A stretch of 64,000 nt of DNA, taken from an uncultured bacterium. GTDB taxonomy: Bacteria; Oederibacteriota; JAAXVQ01; JAUVAV01. Position numbers and translations under genes: made by a program. The notes beneath the pieces are model-generated. The model saw only the letters and a program-made list of their open reading frames with translations. It was not told where the DNA came from and did not search any database. This document shows positions 26,524 through 35,656 of the stretch, in pieces; position 1 is the stretch's first letter, and every line of letters begins with the position of its first letter. The stretch lies in assembly GCA_964630235.1 (NCBI GenBank), contig CAZVUO010000001.1:360294-424293 (forward strand), in the 5' to 3' direction.

Positions 26524-27529
26524 GGGGGTCCTCCTCGGGCTCGGGTCTGGGCGCGGTGCGCTCCACCAGCTCCCACACCGCCTGCCAATCCGCCTGCGCT
26601 TCGGCGGCCACGGGCAGCCACTTGGCGAACTTCACCAGGTCGCTGCGGGTGAGCACTTCGCGCGCCGCGTTGACGTCCTGCAGTTTGGCGCGGGCCTGCT
26701 TGAGGGACTTGAGCAACTCGGGCGTGGTCTGGTCGCGCGCCGGCACGCGGAAACAGCCCTCCAGATAGGTCCGCAGGATCAAGGACAGGGACACATAGTA
26801 TGCCTTGAAATCGCCCTGGCCGAGCCAGTCGCTCTGTTTGAGCAGTTCCAGCTGCTCCCGGGCCACTTCATCCGCGGGCCGGCCGGGAGCAACCGCCACG
26901 GCGCCGGTTTCAGCCCGTTCCCGCCTGCCCCACCACCACGCTCCGGCCAGCACCAGCAGCGCCAGCGCGGCTCCCAGCGCCCAGGGCCAGGGCGCGAACA
27001 GGTAGCGGGGCGGCTTCAAGGGGCGGATCTCGCCCGGCCGGTCTCCGGGCTGTCCGGGCACCGGTTCCACGGTTACGGTCAGGGGCGCGGTGCGGAATTC
27101 TCCGGCCCGGCCGTCCGCGCCGCGGTAAGGCTGGATCCAGGCCGGCACGTCCAGCTTGCCGCTCGCGAAGGTGCGTAAGGTCAGCCGGTCCTGGCGCATG
27201 CGCGGGCCGGCCTGGTCTTTCTGGAAGGAACCGGCCGCAAGACCCACCACCTCCCACTCGCCCAGGCTGGTCAGGGTCGTGCCTGTGCCGATGGCCACGC
27301 CAGGCTGGAGCTGAAGGCTGAGCGCAAACTCCACGGGCTCGCCTTGCTGCGGTTTGGGGGTAAGCAACCGCAGACTGGCGGTCAGGGGCGGCGTTTGGGC
27401 CGAAGCCGCGGACGTGTTCCCCCCGGAATCGTACATCTGGATGTCCAGGGTCTGGCCCGGCCGGGCCAGGGCCAGCAGCAGGAAGGTCAGGCAGAACGAT
27501 AGGGTTTGCGGTCGGGTCATGAGGGTCAA
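26510..27529 (-). CDS. Hypothetical protein of the Bat/MoxR operon (signal peptide, TM segment; DUF4381-like position).
   Basis: Sits between the DUF58 and BatA genes, with GC3 codon bias. Confidence 0.55.
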   Translation of the reverse strand: MTLMTRPQTLSFCLTFLLLALARPGQTLDIQMYDSGGNTSAASAQTPPLTASLRLLTPKPQQGEPVEFALSLQLQPGVAIGTGTTLTSLGEWEVVGLAAGSFQKDQAGPRMRQDRLTLRTFASGKLDVPAWIQPYRGADGRAGEFRTAPLTVTVEPVPGQPGDRPGEIRPLKPPRYLFAPWPWALGAALALLVLAGAWWWGRRERAETGAVAVAPGRPADEVAREQLELLKQSDWLGQGDFKAYYVSLSLILRTYLEGCFRVPARDQTTPELLKSLKQARAKLQDVNAAREVLTRSDLVKFAKWLPVAAEAQADWQAVWELVERTAPRPEPEEDPRASG

Positions 27530-27533
27530 TCCT

Positions 27534-28424
27534 TCAATGGAAACGGCGCGCGCGCATACGGAAGAAATTGAGCAAGGGTTCCACGTAGGAACGGTCGGTC
27601 CGCACTTCGATATGGTCCACGCCCAGGCGGTGCCAAAGCGACCAACGGGCCTCGTCCTCCTGGCGGCGGTGCTCCGCGTACTGCCGGCGGAAAGCGGCCG
27701 ATCCCGCGGGCACCAGGCGGCTCGCGCCCTGCTCCAGGTCCTGCAGCACGAGGTACGGCACCGCGGGCAGGTCCGTCTCGCCGGGATCGCGGATCTCCAC
27801 CGCGATCACGTCGTGGCGCCGGTTGGTCACGCCCAGAGCGCGGGCGTGGTCCGGCGCGTGGAAGTCGGAGAGCAGGAACACGATGCTCTTGCGCTTCATG
27901 ATCTCGTTCAGGTATTCCAGGGCCGGGTTGAGGTCCGTGCCCGGCTCCGCGGGCGCGGTGTACAGGATGTCGCGCAGGATGCGCGAGAGCTGGGTGGCGC
28001 CCTTGGCCGGCGGGATGAACTTCTCCACCCGCGAGCCGAAGAGCACCGCGCCGACGCGGTCGTTGTTCTTCACGGCCGCGTAGGCCAGGACGCCGGCCAG
28101 CTCCGCGGTGAGGTCGGCCTTGGCGCGGCCGCGGGTGCCGAAGCGCTGCGAGGCCGAGAGGTCCACCAGGAGCATGATGTTCAGCTCCCGTTCTTCCACG
28201 AACTTCTTGATGTAGGGGTGGCCGGTGCGCGCGGTGACGTTCCAGTCAATGGCGCGGATGTCGTCGCCCGGCAGGTACTCGCGGACCTCGTCGAACTCCA
28301 TGCCCCGCCCTTTGAACACGCTTTCGTACTGGCCGGCGAAGATCTCGTTCACCAGCCGGCCGGTGCGGATCTCCAGACGTCGGATCTTGGCGATGATCTC
28401 GGCAGGCAGCATGGTTTTCAGCAA
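27534..28424 (-). CDS. DUF58-domain protein (MoxR-associated, VWA-like).
   Basis: Motifs GQYESVFKGRGMEFDEVREY...DWNV...LLVDLSAS are typical of DUF58. Confidence 0.85.
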   Translation of the reverse strand: MLKTMLPAEIIAKIRRLEIRTGRLVNEIFAGQYESVFKGRGMEFDEVREYLPGDDIRAIDWNVTARTGHPYIKKFVEERELNIMLLVDLSASQRFGTRGRAKADLTAELAGVLAYAAVKNNDRVGAVLFGSRVEKFIPPAKGATQLSRILRDILYTAPAEPGTDLNPALEYLNEIMKRKSIVFLLSDFHAPDHARALGVTNRRHDVIAVEIRDPGETDLPAVPYLVLQDLEQGASRLVPAGSAAFRRQYAEHRRQEDEARWSLWHRLGVDHIEVRTDRSYVEPLLNFFRMRARRFH

Positions 28425-28684
28425 TCCTCCGCTTTGATAAAACCTGAACAGTTGAGCAGTTGACCGTCCCTAAAGGGACTCCCTTTGGTCGCCCCGACCG
28501 GTACATCTGTTGGCGCCCCCCGGGCAAAGCCCGGGGTACCAACTTCAACCCTCGCTACCCTCTCTTGGCGACATCCCCGGAGCAGCAATTCCGCAGTCAC
28601 CCCCCTGCGGAGGGGATGGGACTCCCTTTGGTCGCAGGCTCGCCCTCTACTCTTCACCTGCTCCGGTGCCGTGAGGCTACCGCC
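28425..28684. repeat. 260-bp intra-operon spacer holding two copies of the 18-mer gggactccctttggtcgc (28475-28492 and 28618-28635) and several GC palindromes.
   Basis: Direct repeat read from the sequence. Palindromes include ccccgggcaaagcccgggg, cccctgcggagggg and ccgtgaggctaccgcctcacgg. Confidence 0.5.
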
Positions 28685-29674
28685 TCACGGTACCTCCACG
28701 CCGTCGAACACCGACTGCACGATGTTCTCGGGCGTGACCTGCTCGGCCTCGGCCTCGTAGGTGACGATGATCCGGTGCCGGAGCACGTCCGGCCCCACGG
28801 TCTTGACATCCTCGGGCGTGATAAAACCGCGGCCGGACAGGAAGGCCAGGGCTTTGGCCGCCGTGGTCAGGCCCAGAGTGGCGCGCGGCGAGGCGCCGTA
28901 GGCGATCAGGGGCTTGAGCTCCTTCAGGCCCGCGGCCTCGGGTTCGCGCGTGGCGAACACCAGGTCCACGATGTAATTCTGCATTTTTTCGTCCACGTAG
29001 ATCTGCTCGACCAGTTTGCGGGCCTTGAGCAGGTCCTTGACACTGACGGTCTGCTGGACCTGGGGAGGCGCGCCGACGGTCATGCGCCGCAGGATTTCCT
29101 TTTCCTCCTCGCGGCTGGGGTAGCCGATCTTGATCTTGAGCAGGAAGCGGTCCACCTGGGCCTCGGGCAGGGGATAGGTCCCCTGCTGTTCGATCGGGTT
29201 CTGGGTGGCCATGACCAGGAAGGGCTGTTCCAGCGGATAGGTCTTGTCGCTGATCGTGACCTGCCGTTCCTGCATGGCTTCCAGCAGGGCGCTCTGGACC
29301 TTGGCCGGCGCGCGGTTGATCTCGTCGGCCAGGATCAGGTTGGCGAAGACCGGTCCTTTTTTAACCGTGAAGCCCTCGCCGCGGGGATTGTAGATCATGG
29401 TGCCGATCAGGTCCGCGGGCAGCAGGTCGGGCGTAAACTGCAAGCGCTGGAAATGGGCGTCCAGGCACTGGGCCAGGGTGCGGATGGTGAGGGTCTTGGC
29501 CAGTCCGGGCACGCCTTCGAGCAGAACGTGCCCGTCGGCCAGGAGGCCGATGAGCAGGCCGTCCGCCAGCTGGTTCTGGCCCACGATCACGCGGCCGACC
29601 TCCTGGCGGATGGTCTCGGTCAGCACGCTCTCCTTCTTCACTTTCTCGGTCAACGCGCGGATGTCTTTATCCAT
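28685..29674 (-). CDS. moxR: MoxR-family AAA+ ATPase.
   Basis: Walker A (GVPGLAKT), Walker B (LLADEINR) and MoxR-like length. Confidence 0.9.
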   Translation of the reverse strand: MDKDIRALTEKVKKESVLTETIRQEVGRVIVGQNQLADGLLIGLLADGHVLLEGVPGLAKTLTIRTLAQCLDAHFQRLQFTPDLLPADLIGTMIYNPRGEGFTVKKGPVFANLILADEINRAPAKVQSALLEAMQERQVTISDKTYPLEQPFLVMATQNPIEQQGTYPLPEAQVDRFLLKIKIGYPSREEEKEILRRMTVGAPPQVQQTVSVKDLLKARKLVEQIYVDEKMQNYIVDLVFATREPEAAGLKELKPLIAYGASPRATLGLTTAAKALAFLSGRGFITPEDVKTVGPDVLRHRIIVTYEAEAEQVTPENIVQSVFDGVEVP

Positions 29675-29898
29675 GAATGCCTCCTGGTCAGGAACCGTCC
29701 TTTCCCTGCGCGGGGAAGGGGCCTCGGCTTTTTGGATGGGACTCCAGCAGGAAAAAGTCCAGTCAATACTTATTATTTACGCTCACTGTATGCAAAAATC
29801 CTCTCTTTGTCAATATCCCAGGGATTTGCATGATTTTAAAAGGACAGACACCTGCCTGGAGGATTTTGTTCCCAAGAATCATATTTATAAGGAAGGGT

Positions 29899-31350
29899 TC
29901 AGGGTTGCAGCAGGTTGATCGTGGTCAGGCGCTCGAGCAGGGATCCCTTGCTGCTGCCCTCGCCCAGGGTCAGGTCCGAAACCACCACCCGGCCGATAAC
30001 GACCTTGCGGTCCTCGCCCGACGCGTGGCCGCGGCGGAACGACCAGATGTCATGCAGGACATAGTGCCGGCCGCTGTCCCTGCCGAGGTAGAGCATGATG
30101 TGCCCGGGAAACTGCAATAGCGCCGGCTGGTTCAGCCGGTCCAGGTGCCTGCGGCGTTCCTCGGCCGCAAGTTTGAGCGGCAGGGCCAGGCGCTGCGTTC
30201 CCACCATGGCCTGCGCCGAAGAGTTGCGCGGAAGCTTGAGACCCATGGTCGCGTAGAGATCCATGAGAAACTGCGAGCAGTCGCGGTGTTCGCCCCGGCC
30301 GCCCCAGCTGTAGGGATGGTGCAGCAATTTGAAGGCGGTCTGCCACAGGGTCCTGGGCGTGCAGGGCAGGTATCCCTCGCTCACGTCCGCGTCCAGAGGC
30401 AGGTACAGCCGGCTGACCCGGGGCCGGCCGTTGACCACGTCGCCCGGCACGGCCAGCACGTAGTGTGCGTCCGTTTTTTCCAGCAGCGGACAGATCGTCC
30501 CCAGGTAAAACCGTTCGGCCGCCGTCGTGTTGCCTGCCATCGAGGTGGCGTCCACCGCGTGGCCCGTGACCACCACGAACCGCTCCGGCTGGCTGAAAGA
30601 ACGCAGGGCTTCGGGCGCGCAGCCTTCGACCACGTCGCGGCGCTTGACCCAGCCGCGGCAGTGAGGGGTGACCGCGAACACCCACTCCCCGTCCAGGCTG
30701 GTGTGCAGGATCGCCAGGGGCTGGAAGGCCTGGATGGCGGACACCTGCAGGATGTCGAATTCCACCTCCCAGCGCTGGCCGTTGATGACCTGGTCCGCGG
30801 GATAGTAGCGCACGTCGGTCCGCCGCCGGGTCAGGCCGTGGCGCGCCGGGTTGGTTTCTTTCAGACCGAACAAATTGAGGTTGCGGTCCAGCTCGGCGAA
30901 ACGCTCCGGAGGCACGGGGCGCCCTTCCGCGTCCCAGCGTTGACAGCGTTTGATGCGTTCGGTCTCTTCCTTCAGATAGGTGTAGAGGGTGTACCCCTGC
31001 AGGCCCCGGTGCCGGGGATTGGGGTTTTCGCCGAGGTCCTCCGCCTGGTTGAGGTCGCCCCAGGCCGACTCCCAGGTCTGCGCCTGCCAGAGCTCTCCTG
31101 AAAAAACGTCCGTCAGCAGTCCGCGGCTGATATTTTGGCGGTTCAGGGCGGCGATTTGCTCGGGCGTGAGCAGCAGCTGGTCCTGGAACAAGTATTTGGC
31201 GCTCCAGTACCGCGGATCGTCCATCTCCACGGTGCAATTCGGGAGCGGCAGGCGGGCAATTTCGCGCGGGGGCGGCCCCTCGCGCGGAGGCAGCAGGGCG
31301 CATCCCGCGGCGGCCAGCAGGAGGGTAAAAAGGGGGATGAGTCGTCGCAT
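29899..31350 (-). CDS. NlpC/P60 (C40) peptidoglycan peptidase lipoprotein with SH3-like domains.
   Basis: Lipobox LAAAGC. C-terminal catalytic motifs YSWGGRGEHRDCSQFLMDLY and GHIMLYLG. Confidence 0.8.
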   Translation of the reverse strand: MRRLIPLFTLLLAAAGCALLPPREGPPPREIARLPLPNCTVEMDDPRYWSAKYLFQDQLLLTPEQIAALNRQNISRGLLTDVFSGELWQAQTWESAWGDLNQAEDLGENPNPRHRGLQGYTLYTYLKEETERIKRCQRWDAEGRPVPPERFAELDRNLNLFGLKETNPARHGLTRRRTDVRYYPADQVINGQRWEVEFDILQVSAIQAFQPLAILHTSLDGEWVFAVTPHCRGWVKRRDVVEGCAPEALRSFSQPERFVVVTGHAVDATSMAGNTTAAERFYLGTICPLLEKTDAHYVLAVPGDVVNGRPRVSRLYLPLDADVSEGYLPCTPRTLWQTAFKLLHHPYSWGGRGEHRDCSQFLMDLYATMGLKLPRNSSAQAMVGTQRLALPLKLAAEERRRHLDRLNQPALLQFPGHIMLYLGRDSGRHYVLHDIWSFRRGHASGEDRKVVIGRVVVSDLTLGEGSSKGSLLERLTTINLLQP

Positions 31351-31505
31351 GTGTCCTCGGAGGCGCGGCGCCAGCATGGAGATGGGGGTATTATATCATT
31401 GGCGGGCCGGGTGAAACAGCGTTTAGCGGACCGCCCAAGGATTTTGGCTTGGTTTTTTCAGCGGCCGGCAAAGCCGGAAGGCACGTTGCCCGGACCTGGT
31501 GCGTC

Positions 31506-32504
31506 CTACGAAGGTCTAAGCAACGGGATCGTGAAGGTAAAGCGGGCGCCGCGGTCCTGGCCGGGAAGCGGCGACGCGACACCGATCGTGCCGCCGTGAG
31601 CTTTCACGGCCAGCTTGCAAAAAGCCAGCCCCAGGCCCGTTCCCGTCACCCGCCGGTCTTCCGGTTTCGCGCGCCCGAAGAGCTCGAAGATTTTGGCGTG
31701 CCAGTCGGCGGGAATGGCTTCGCCCTGGTTGGTCACGCTGATCCGCGCCCAGGAGCCTTCGGTCTCCAGCTCCAGGAGAACGTCGCTGTCCGGGGGCGCG
31801 TATTTCATGGCGTTGTTGATCAGGTTGCTGACCACCCGTTCGAGTATCTGGAAATCCACGTCCGCCACGATTTCCCGGGGCGCGGGCGTGAAGCGCAGGT
31901 TCAGGGGCTTGGCGCTGATCGTGGCATTCATGAGGAGCAGGCTCTGCTGAAGGAGGCTGTTGAGTTCCGTGGGCACGGGATGCAGTTCGAACTCCCGGGT
32001 GCGCATCTGGCTGATGGTGAGGATGTCGTCAATCATGGCCCGGAGGCGGACGGCCTGGACGTTGGCGTCTTTCAGCAGGCCCCGCACGACCTCGTCGAGC
32101 GTGAAACGCGGGTGCTGCGCCAGCGCCAGGGCGCCCATCACCGCGGTCAGGGGGTTCTTCAGGTCGTGCACGATCATATGCATCAGGGCTTCCTTGCTCT
32201 CGCCCAGCGCCTGGAGTTCCTGATTCTGGGCTTCGAGCGTCAGTTTGGAAATTTCCAGTTCCCGGGTCCGCTCCTGGACCAGCCGATCCAGGCTCTGGTT
32301 CAGCTGGCGCAGCTCCTCGTTCTGCCTCAGGTTCTCGGCGAGGATCCGGTCGTTCTCCGCCTGCCGGGAAATGATCTCGCTCCGCAGCTGCCGGATCCGG
32401 GCGCTGAACTTCTGCAGCAAGCGCTCCAGGTTCTCGGCGGGCAGGGCGTTGAAATCCGCGGGAAACTCGTATTCCAGGGGCGCGTTCGCGGGAAAATCAG
32501 CCAC
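31506..32504 (-). CDS. Cytoplasmic histidine kinase (coiled-coil + HisKA + HATPase_c).
   Basis: H-box MIVHDLKNPL, with N and G boxes. The start was reassigned to GTG 32504 with a GGAGG SD; the listed N-terminal 145 aa are antisense to HDOD. Confidence 0.7.
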   Translation of the reverse strand: MADFPANAPLEYEFPADFNALPAENLERLLQKFSARIRQLRSEIISRQAENDRILAENLRQNEELRQLNQSLDRLVQERTRELEISKLTLEAQNQELQALGESKEALMHMIVHDLKNPLTAVMGALALAQHPRFTLDEVVRGLLKDANVQAVRLRAMIDDILTISQMRTREFELHPVPTELNSLLQQSLLLMNATISAKPLNLRFTPAPREIVADVDFQILERVVSNLINNAMKYAPPDSDVLLELETEGSWARISVTNQGEAIPADWHAKIFELFGRAKPEDRRVTGTGLGLAFCKLAVKAHGGTIGVASPLPGQDRGARFTFTIPLLRPS

Positions 32505-33363
32505 GGAGAACGCCTCCCTCCTCCGGGATCTGGTCCAAAACCTGGAGTTCCTGGTCATGGTCCTCGGCCAGCACGTCCAGATCGCCGGCCCCGAGCTGCA
32601 GGCGGGCGAGCGCCTCGGGATCGGGTCCTTCCGCGGCCGGAGGATAAAGGCCGAACTGCCTGGCGAGCGCGATCTCGTTGGCCAGGTACAGCGCGCACGC
32701 CTGCAGCTGGATCGCGGGGGGGGCGGCCAGGGGTTCATGATGGTGGCCGACGATCTGTCCGAAGGCAGGCGGCAGTTCCCACTGGTCGCAAAATATCCGG
32801 CTGAACCCGGTATGGTCCATGCCGAATATCTCCCGCTCCGCCTGCGGCAGGAGCGGATACGGGCCGTGGCTGAACCGGGCCAGCATCGCCAGGAACGGCT
32901 CACGGTAGAACTGGTGCTCGATAACCAGCCCCACGTCATGCAAAATACCCAAAAGAAAAAAATCCTCGGCGCTGCCCAGTTTAAGGCGGCGGGAGATCAT
33001 CTTGGCGCACACGCCCACCGCCGCCGAATGCCTCCGCAGTTCCTCCGGAAACCCGGAGCAGGGACTGCTGAAGTTGAAAACTTCCATGACGCTGGCGTGG
33101 ATGGCAATGCTTTTGACCAGGTTGGTGCCGAGAAACGCGGCCGCGGCCCGGAGGGTGGTGAGCCGCTCCGGGGCTTGGTAGCAGGGGGAATTGGCCAGGG
33201 TCAGGAGCTTGCGCGTGAAGCCGGGTTCATAGCGGAGGCACTGCTCGAGCGCGGCGGCGCTGTCCGCTTGCATGATCTTGTCCAGGGTCTGCGGCCTGGG
33301 GAAAACCGTCCGGATCCGGGTTTGTGTCGCTTCCAGATCAATGGTTTGAACCGCCATGGGCAT
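32497..33363 (-). CDS. HDOD-domain protein.
   Basis: HD-related output domain motifs (LGILHDVG...H...). Start at ATG 33363; its stop overlaps the kinase GTG. Confidence 0.7.
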   Translation of the reverse strand: MPMAVQTIDLEATQTRIRTVFPRPQTLDKIMQADSAAALEQCLRYEPGFTRKLLTLANSPCYQAPERLTTLRAAAAFLGTNLVKSIAIHASVMEVFNFSSPCSGFPEELRRHSAAVGVCAKMISRRLKLGSAEDFFLLGILHDVGLVIEHQFYREPFLAMLARFSHGPYPLLPQAEREIFGMDHTGFSRIFCDQWELPPAFGQIVGHHHEPLAAPPAIQLQACALYLANEIALARQFGLYPPAAEGPDPEALARLQLGAGDLDVLAEDHDQELQVLDQIPEEGGVLRG

Positions 33364-33448
33364 CCCGTCCCTTTCCTTGCTGGGAAGAGTTACGGCGGGA
33401 TGGGCCGGCTTCTTGACCCCGAACATCGGAAAAACGCGCGGGGCCGGC

Positions 33449-34267
33449 CTATTCGGTCTGTAAACGCTCGATTTTCTTGAGGTCTTCGTCCCGGCCCACC
33501 AGCACCAGGGTGTCGTCCTTTTCAATCACCAGGTCCGGCGTAACCAGCACGTCGTACGTGGCCTTTTCATACCCCACGCCGTCCTTGTCCAGTTCGAGGC
33601 TCCGGTGCTTGACCCCGATGATGTTGACGTTGAAGCGCGTGCGCAGTTCGGTCTCGCGGATGGTTTTGCCCTCGATGGTCGGCGGCACGGGCACTTCCAC
33701 CACCGAAATGCCCTCGGCCAGCTGGAAATAATTGAGCACGCTCACGGCCGTGAGCTCTCCGGCCAGGTCAATGGCCGCTTCGCGCTCCGGGAACACCACG
33801 CGCGTCGCGCCGACCTTGTCCAGGACCTTGGCATGCAGGAGGTTGGTGGCCTTGGCGATCACTTCGGGCACGCCCAGGTCCTTGAGGATCATGACCGCCA
33901 TCACCGAGGCCTCGATGCTCTCGCCGATGGACACGATGGCCGCGTCCACGCCTTCCACGCCCGCGGACTTCAGCGCCTTCACGTCGGTCACGTCGGCGGT
34001 CACGGCCTGGGTCACGAGGTCCGACACATCCGCCACCCGCTCGGTGTCCTGGTCAATGGCCAGCACCTCCTTGCGGCTGCGCATCAAGGCCTCGGCCACG
34101 TGCTGGCCGAAATTGCCCAGTCCGAGCACGGCAAAGGAATTGCGCTTGCGCATTTCCAGGCGCGTGGACAGCGGCCGCACGGTCTTCAGCCAGTCGTCGA
34201 ACTTGAACCAATCCAGGTCCTGCTTGCGGTCGGCCTTGCCGTTTTTGCGCTTTTTGGGCGTTGTCAT
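33449..34267 (-). CDS. trkA: K+ uptake regulatory subunit TrkA/KtrA (tandem RCK_N and RCK_C).
   Basis: Rossmann motif VLGLGNFG and RCK C-terminal domains. Confidence 0.85.
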   Translation of the reverse strand: MTTPKKRKNGKADRKQDLDWFKFDDWLKTVRPLSTRLEMRKRNSFAVLGLGNFGQHVAEALMRSRKEVLAIDQDTERVADVSDLVTQAVTADVTDVKALKSAGVEGVDAAIVSIGESIEASVMAVMILKDLGVPEVIAKATNLLHAKVLDKVGATRVVFPEREAAIDLAGELTAVSVLNYFQLAEGISVVEVPVPPTIEGKTIRETELRTRFNVNIIGVKHRSLELDKDGVGYEKATYDVLVTPDLVIEKDDTLVLVGRDEDLKKIERLQTE

Positions 34268-35640
34268 CCGACACTCACTCTCCCTTCAGGATAGGTCACC
34301 TGCGCGGGCGTGGCTTTGGCAATGGTCGCCACACCCAGGGTCAGCGGCCCCAAGCGGCCGATGAACATGGTCAGGATCACCATTATTTTTCCGGCGGTGG
34401 AGAACCGGGCCGAAAGGCTCAAGACGCCACCGTCGCCCGTGGACAGCCCGACCGTGCCCATGGCCGAGGTCACCTCGAACAGCACGTTGCCGAGCGCCAG
34501 CCCGGGCTCTTCCCAGGCGAACAGGAAAATGCTCACGGCCGCCAGCAGCAGGGCCATGGCCGTGAAGATGACGAAGGACTTGGTCACGGTCTCCTGCGGG
34601 ATTTCGCGACCGAACACGGCCACCCGGTCCCGGCCGCGGACCAGGGTCCACAATCCCAGCAGGACCACGGCGGCCGTGGTGGTCTTGATGCCGCCGCCCG
34701 TGCTGCCCGGCGAGGCGCCGATGAACATCAGGATGATCAGGAGCCAATGCGCACCCGCGGGCAGGCGGCCGATATCCTCGATATTGAAGCCTGAGGTCCG
34801 CGCCGACACAGAGAGGAACAGCGCATGCAGCGCGTCCTCGCGGATGCCGATGGCCAGGCCCACCCAGCCCAGCACCACCAGGGCCAGGGTCGCAGCCACC
34901 ACCAGCTTGAAGTGCACCGAGTAGCGCTGGCGCTGGCCGCGCAGATGTTCCCAGATCTCCTGATAGAACAGGAACCCCATGCCGCCGGCCAGGGTCAGCA
35001 CCATGACCATGGCCACGGCCAGAGGCCGGCCGCCGTCGGTCATGAGATTGTCCGAGAACAGGCAAAAACCCGCGTTGTTGAACGCCGAGATGGCGTGAAA
35101 AACGCCCAGGGCGACAGCCCGCCCCGGCGGATGCTGGGGCCAGTAGGACGCGGTCATCAGCGCGGCGCCGACGACTTCCACGGCCAGCGTGAAAAACACC
35201 ACGCTGCGGATGAACCGCCCCATGCCTTCCGGGCTCTCCAAGTTCATGGACCGGGCAATGGCCGACCGCTCGGTAATGCCCAGGCGCCGGCCCAAGAGCA
35301 CGGCCGCGGCCGTGGCCAGCAGCATGTACCCCAGCCCGCCGACCTGGATCAGGGCCGCGATGACCACCTGGCCGAAGGGCGCGAAATCCGCGGCCGTATC
35401 GCGCACGATCAGGCCGGTCACGCACACCGCCGAGGTGGCGGTGAAACAGGCGTCCACCAGACTGATGATTTTGCCAGCCGGATGGGACCAGGGCAGCATC
35501 AGCAGTGCCGTGCCCAGCGCGATGATGAAGAAAAAAAACGCCACCAGCCGCTGGGAGGGCGTGATGTTCCACGTCCGGCCCGCGAGCACTGATTGCCGCG
35601 ACATGAATATTTCCTGAATAAATTCCTGCGGTGACTTCAT
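34264..35640 (-). CDS. trkH: TrkH/KtrB-family K+ transporter.
   Basis: Polytopic protein with repeated pore-loop G-rich motifs (VTGL, GGLG). Overlaps trkA by ATGA. Confidence 0.85.
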   Translation of the reverse strand: MKSPQEFIQEIFMSRQSVLAGRTWNITPSQRLVAFFFFIIALGTALLMLPWSHPAGKIISLVDACFTATSAVCVTGLIVRDTAADFAPFGQVVIAALIQVGGLGYMLLATAAAVLLGRRLGITERSAIARSMNLESPEGMGRFIRSVVFFTLAVEVVGAALMTASYWPQHPPGRAVALGVFHAISAFNNAGFCLFSDNLMTDGGRPLAVAMVMVLTLAGGMGFLFYQEIWEHLRGQRQRYSVHFKLVVAATLALVVLGWVGLAIGIREDALHALFLSVSARTSGFNIEDIGRLPAGAHWLLIILMFIGASPGSTGGGIKTTTAAVVLLGLWTLVRGRDRVAVFGREIPQETVTKSFVIFTAMALLLAAVSIFLFAWEEPGLALGNVLFEVTSAMGTVGLSTGDGGVLSLSARFSTAGKIMVILTMFIGRLGPLTLGVATIAKATPAQVTYPEGRVSVG

Positions 35641-35656
35641 ATCGCCTGTCTGCCTC

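Noticed and set aside
29785-29814. Possible promoter TTGACA-N18-TACAGT for the moxR/bat operon.
   Set aside because: The 18-nt spacing and weak -10 make the call uncertain, and it was not verified well enough to list as a feature.
31378-31505. Hairpin ccggcaaagccgg resembling the REP family, between the NlpC/P60 and kinase genes.
   Set aside because: It lacks the flanking cgtca...tccag arms that define the family; treated as an ordinary small palindrome.
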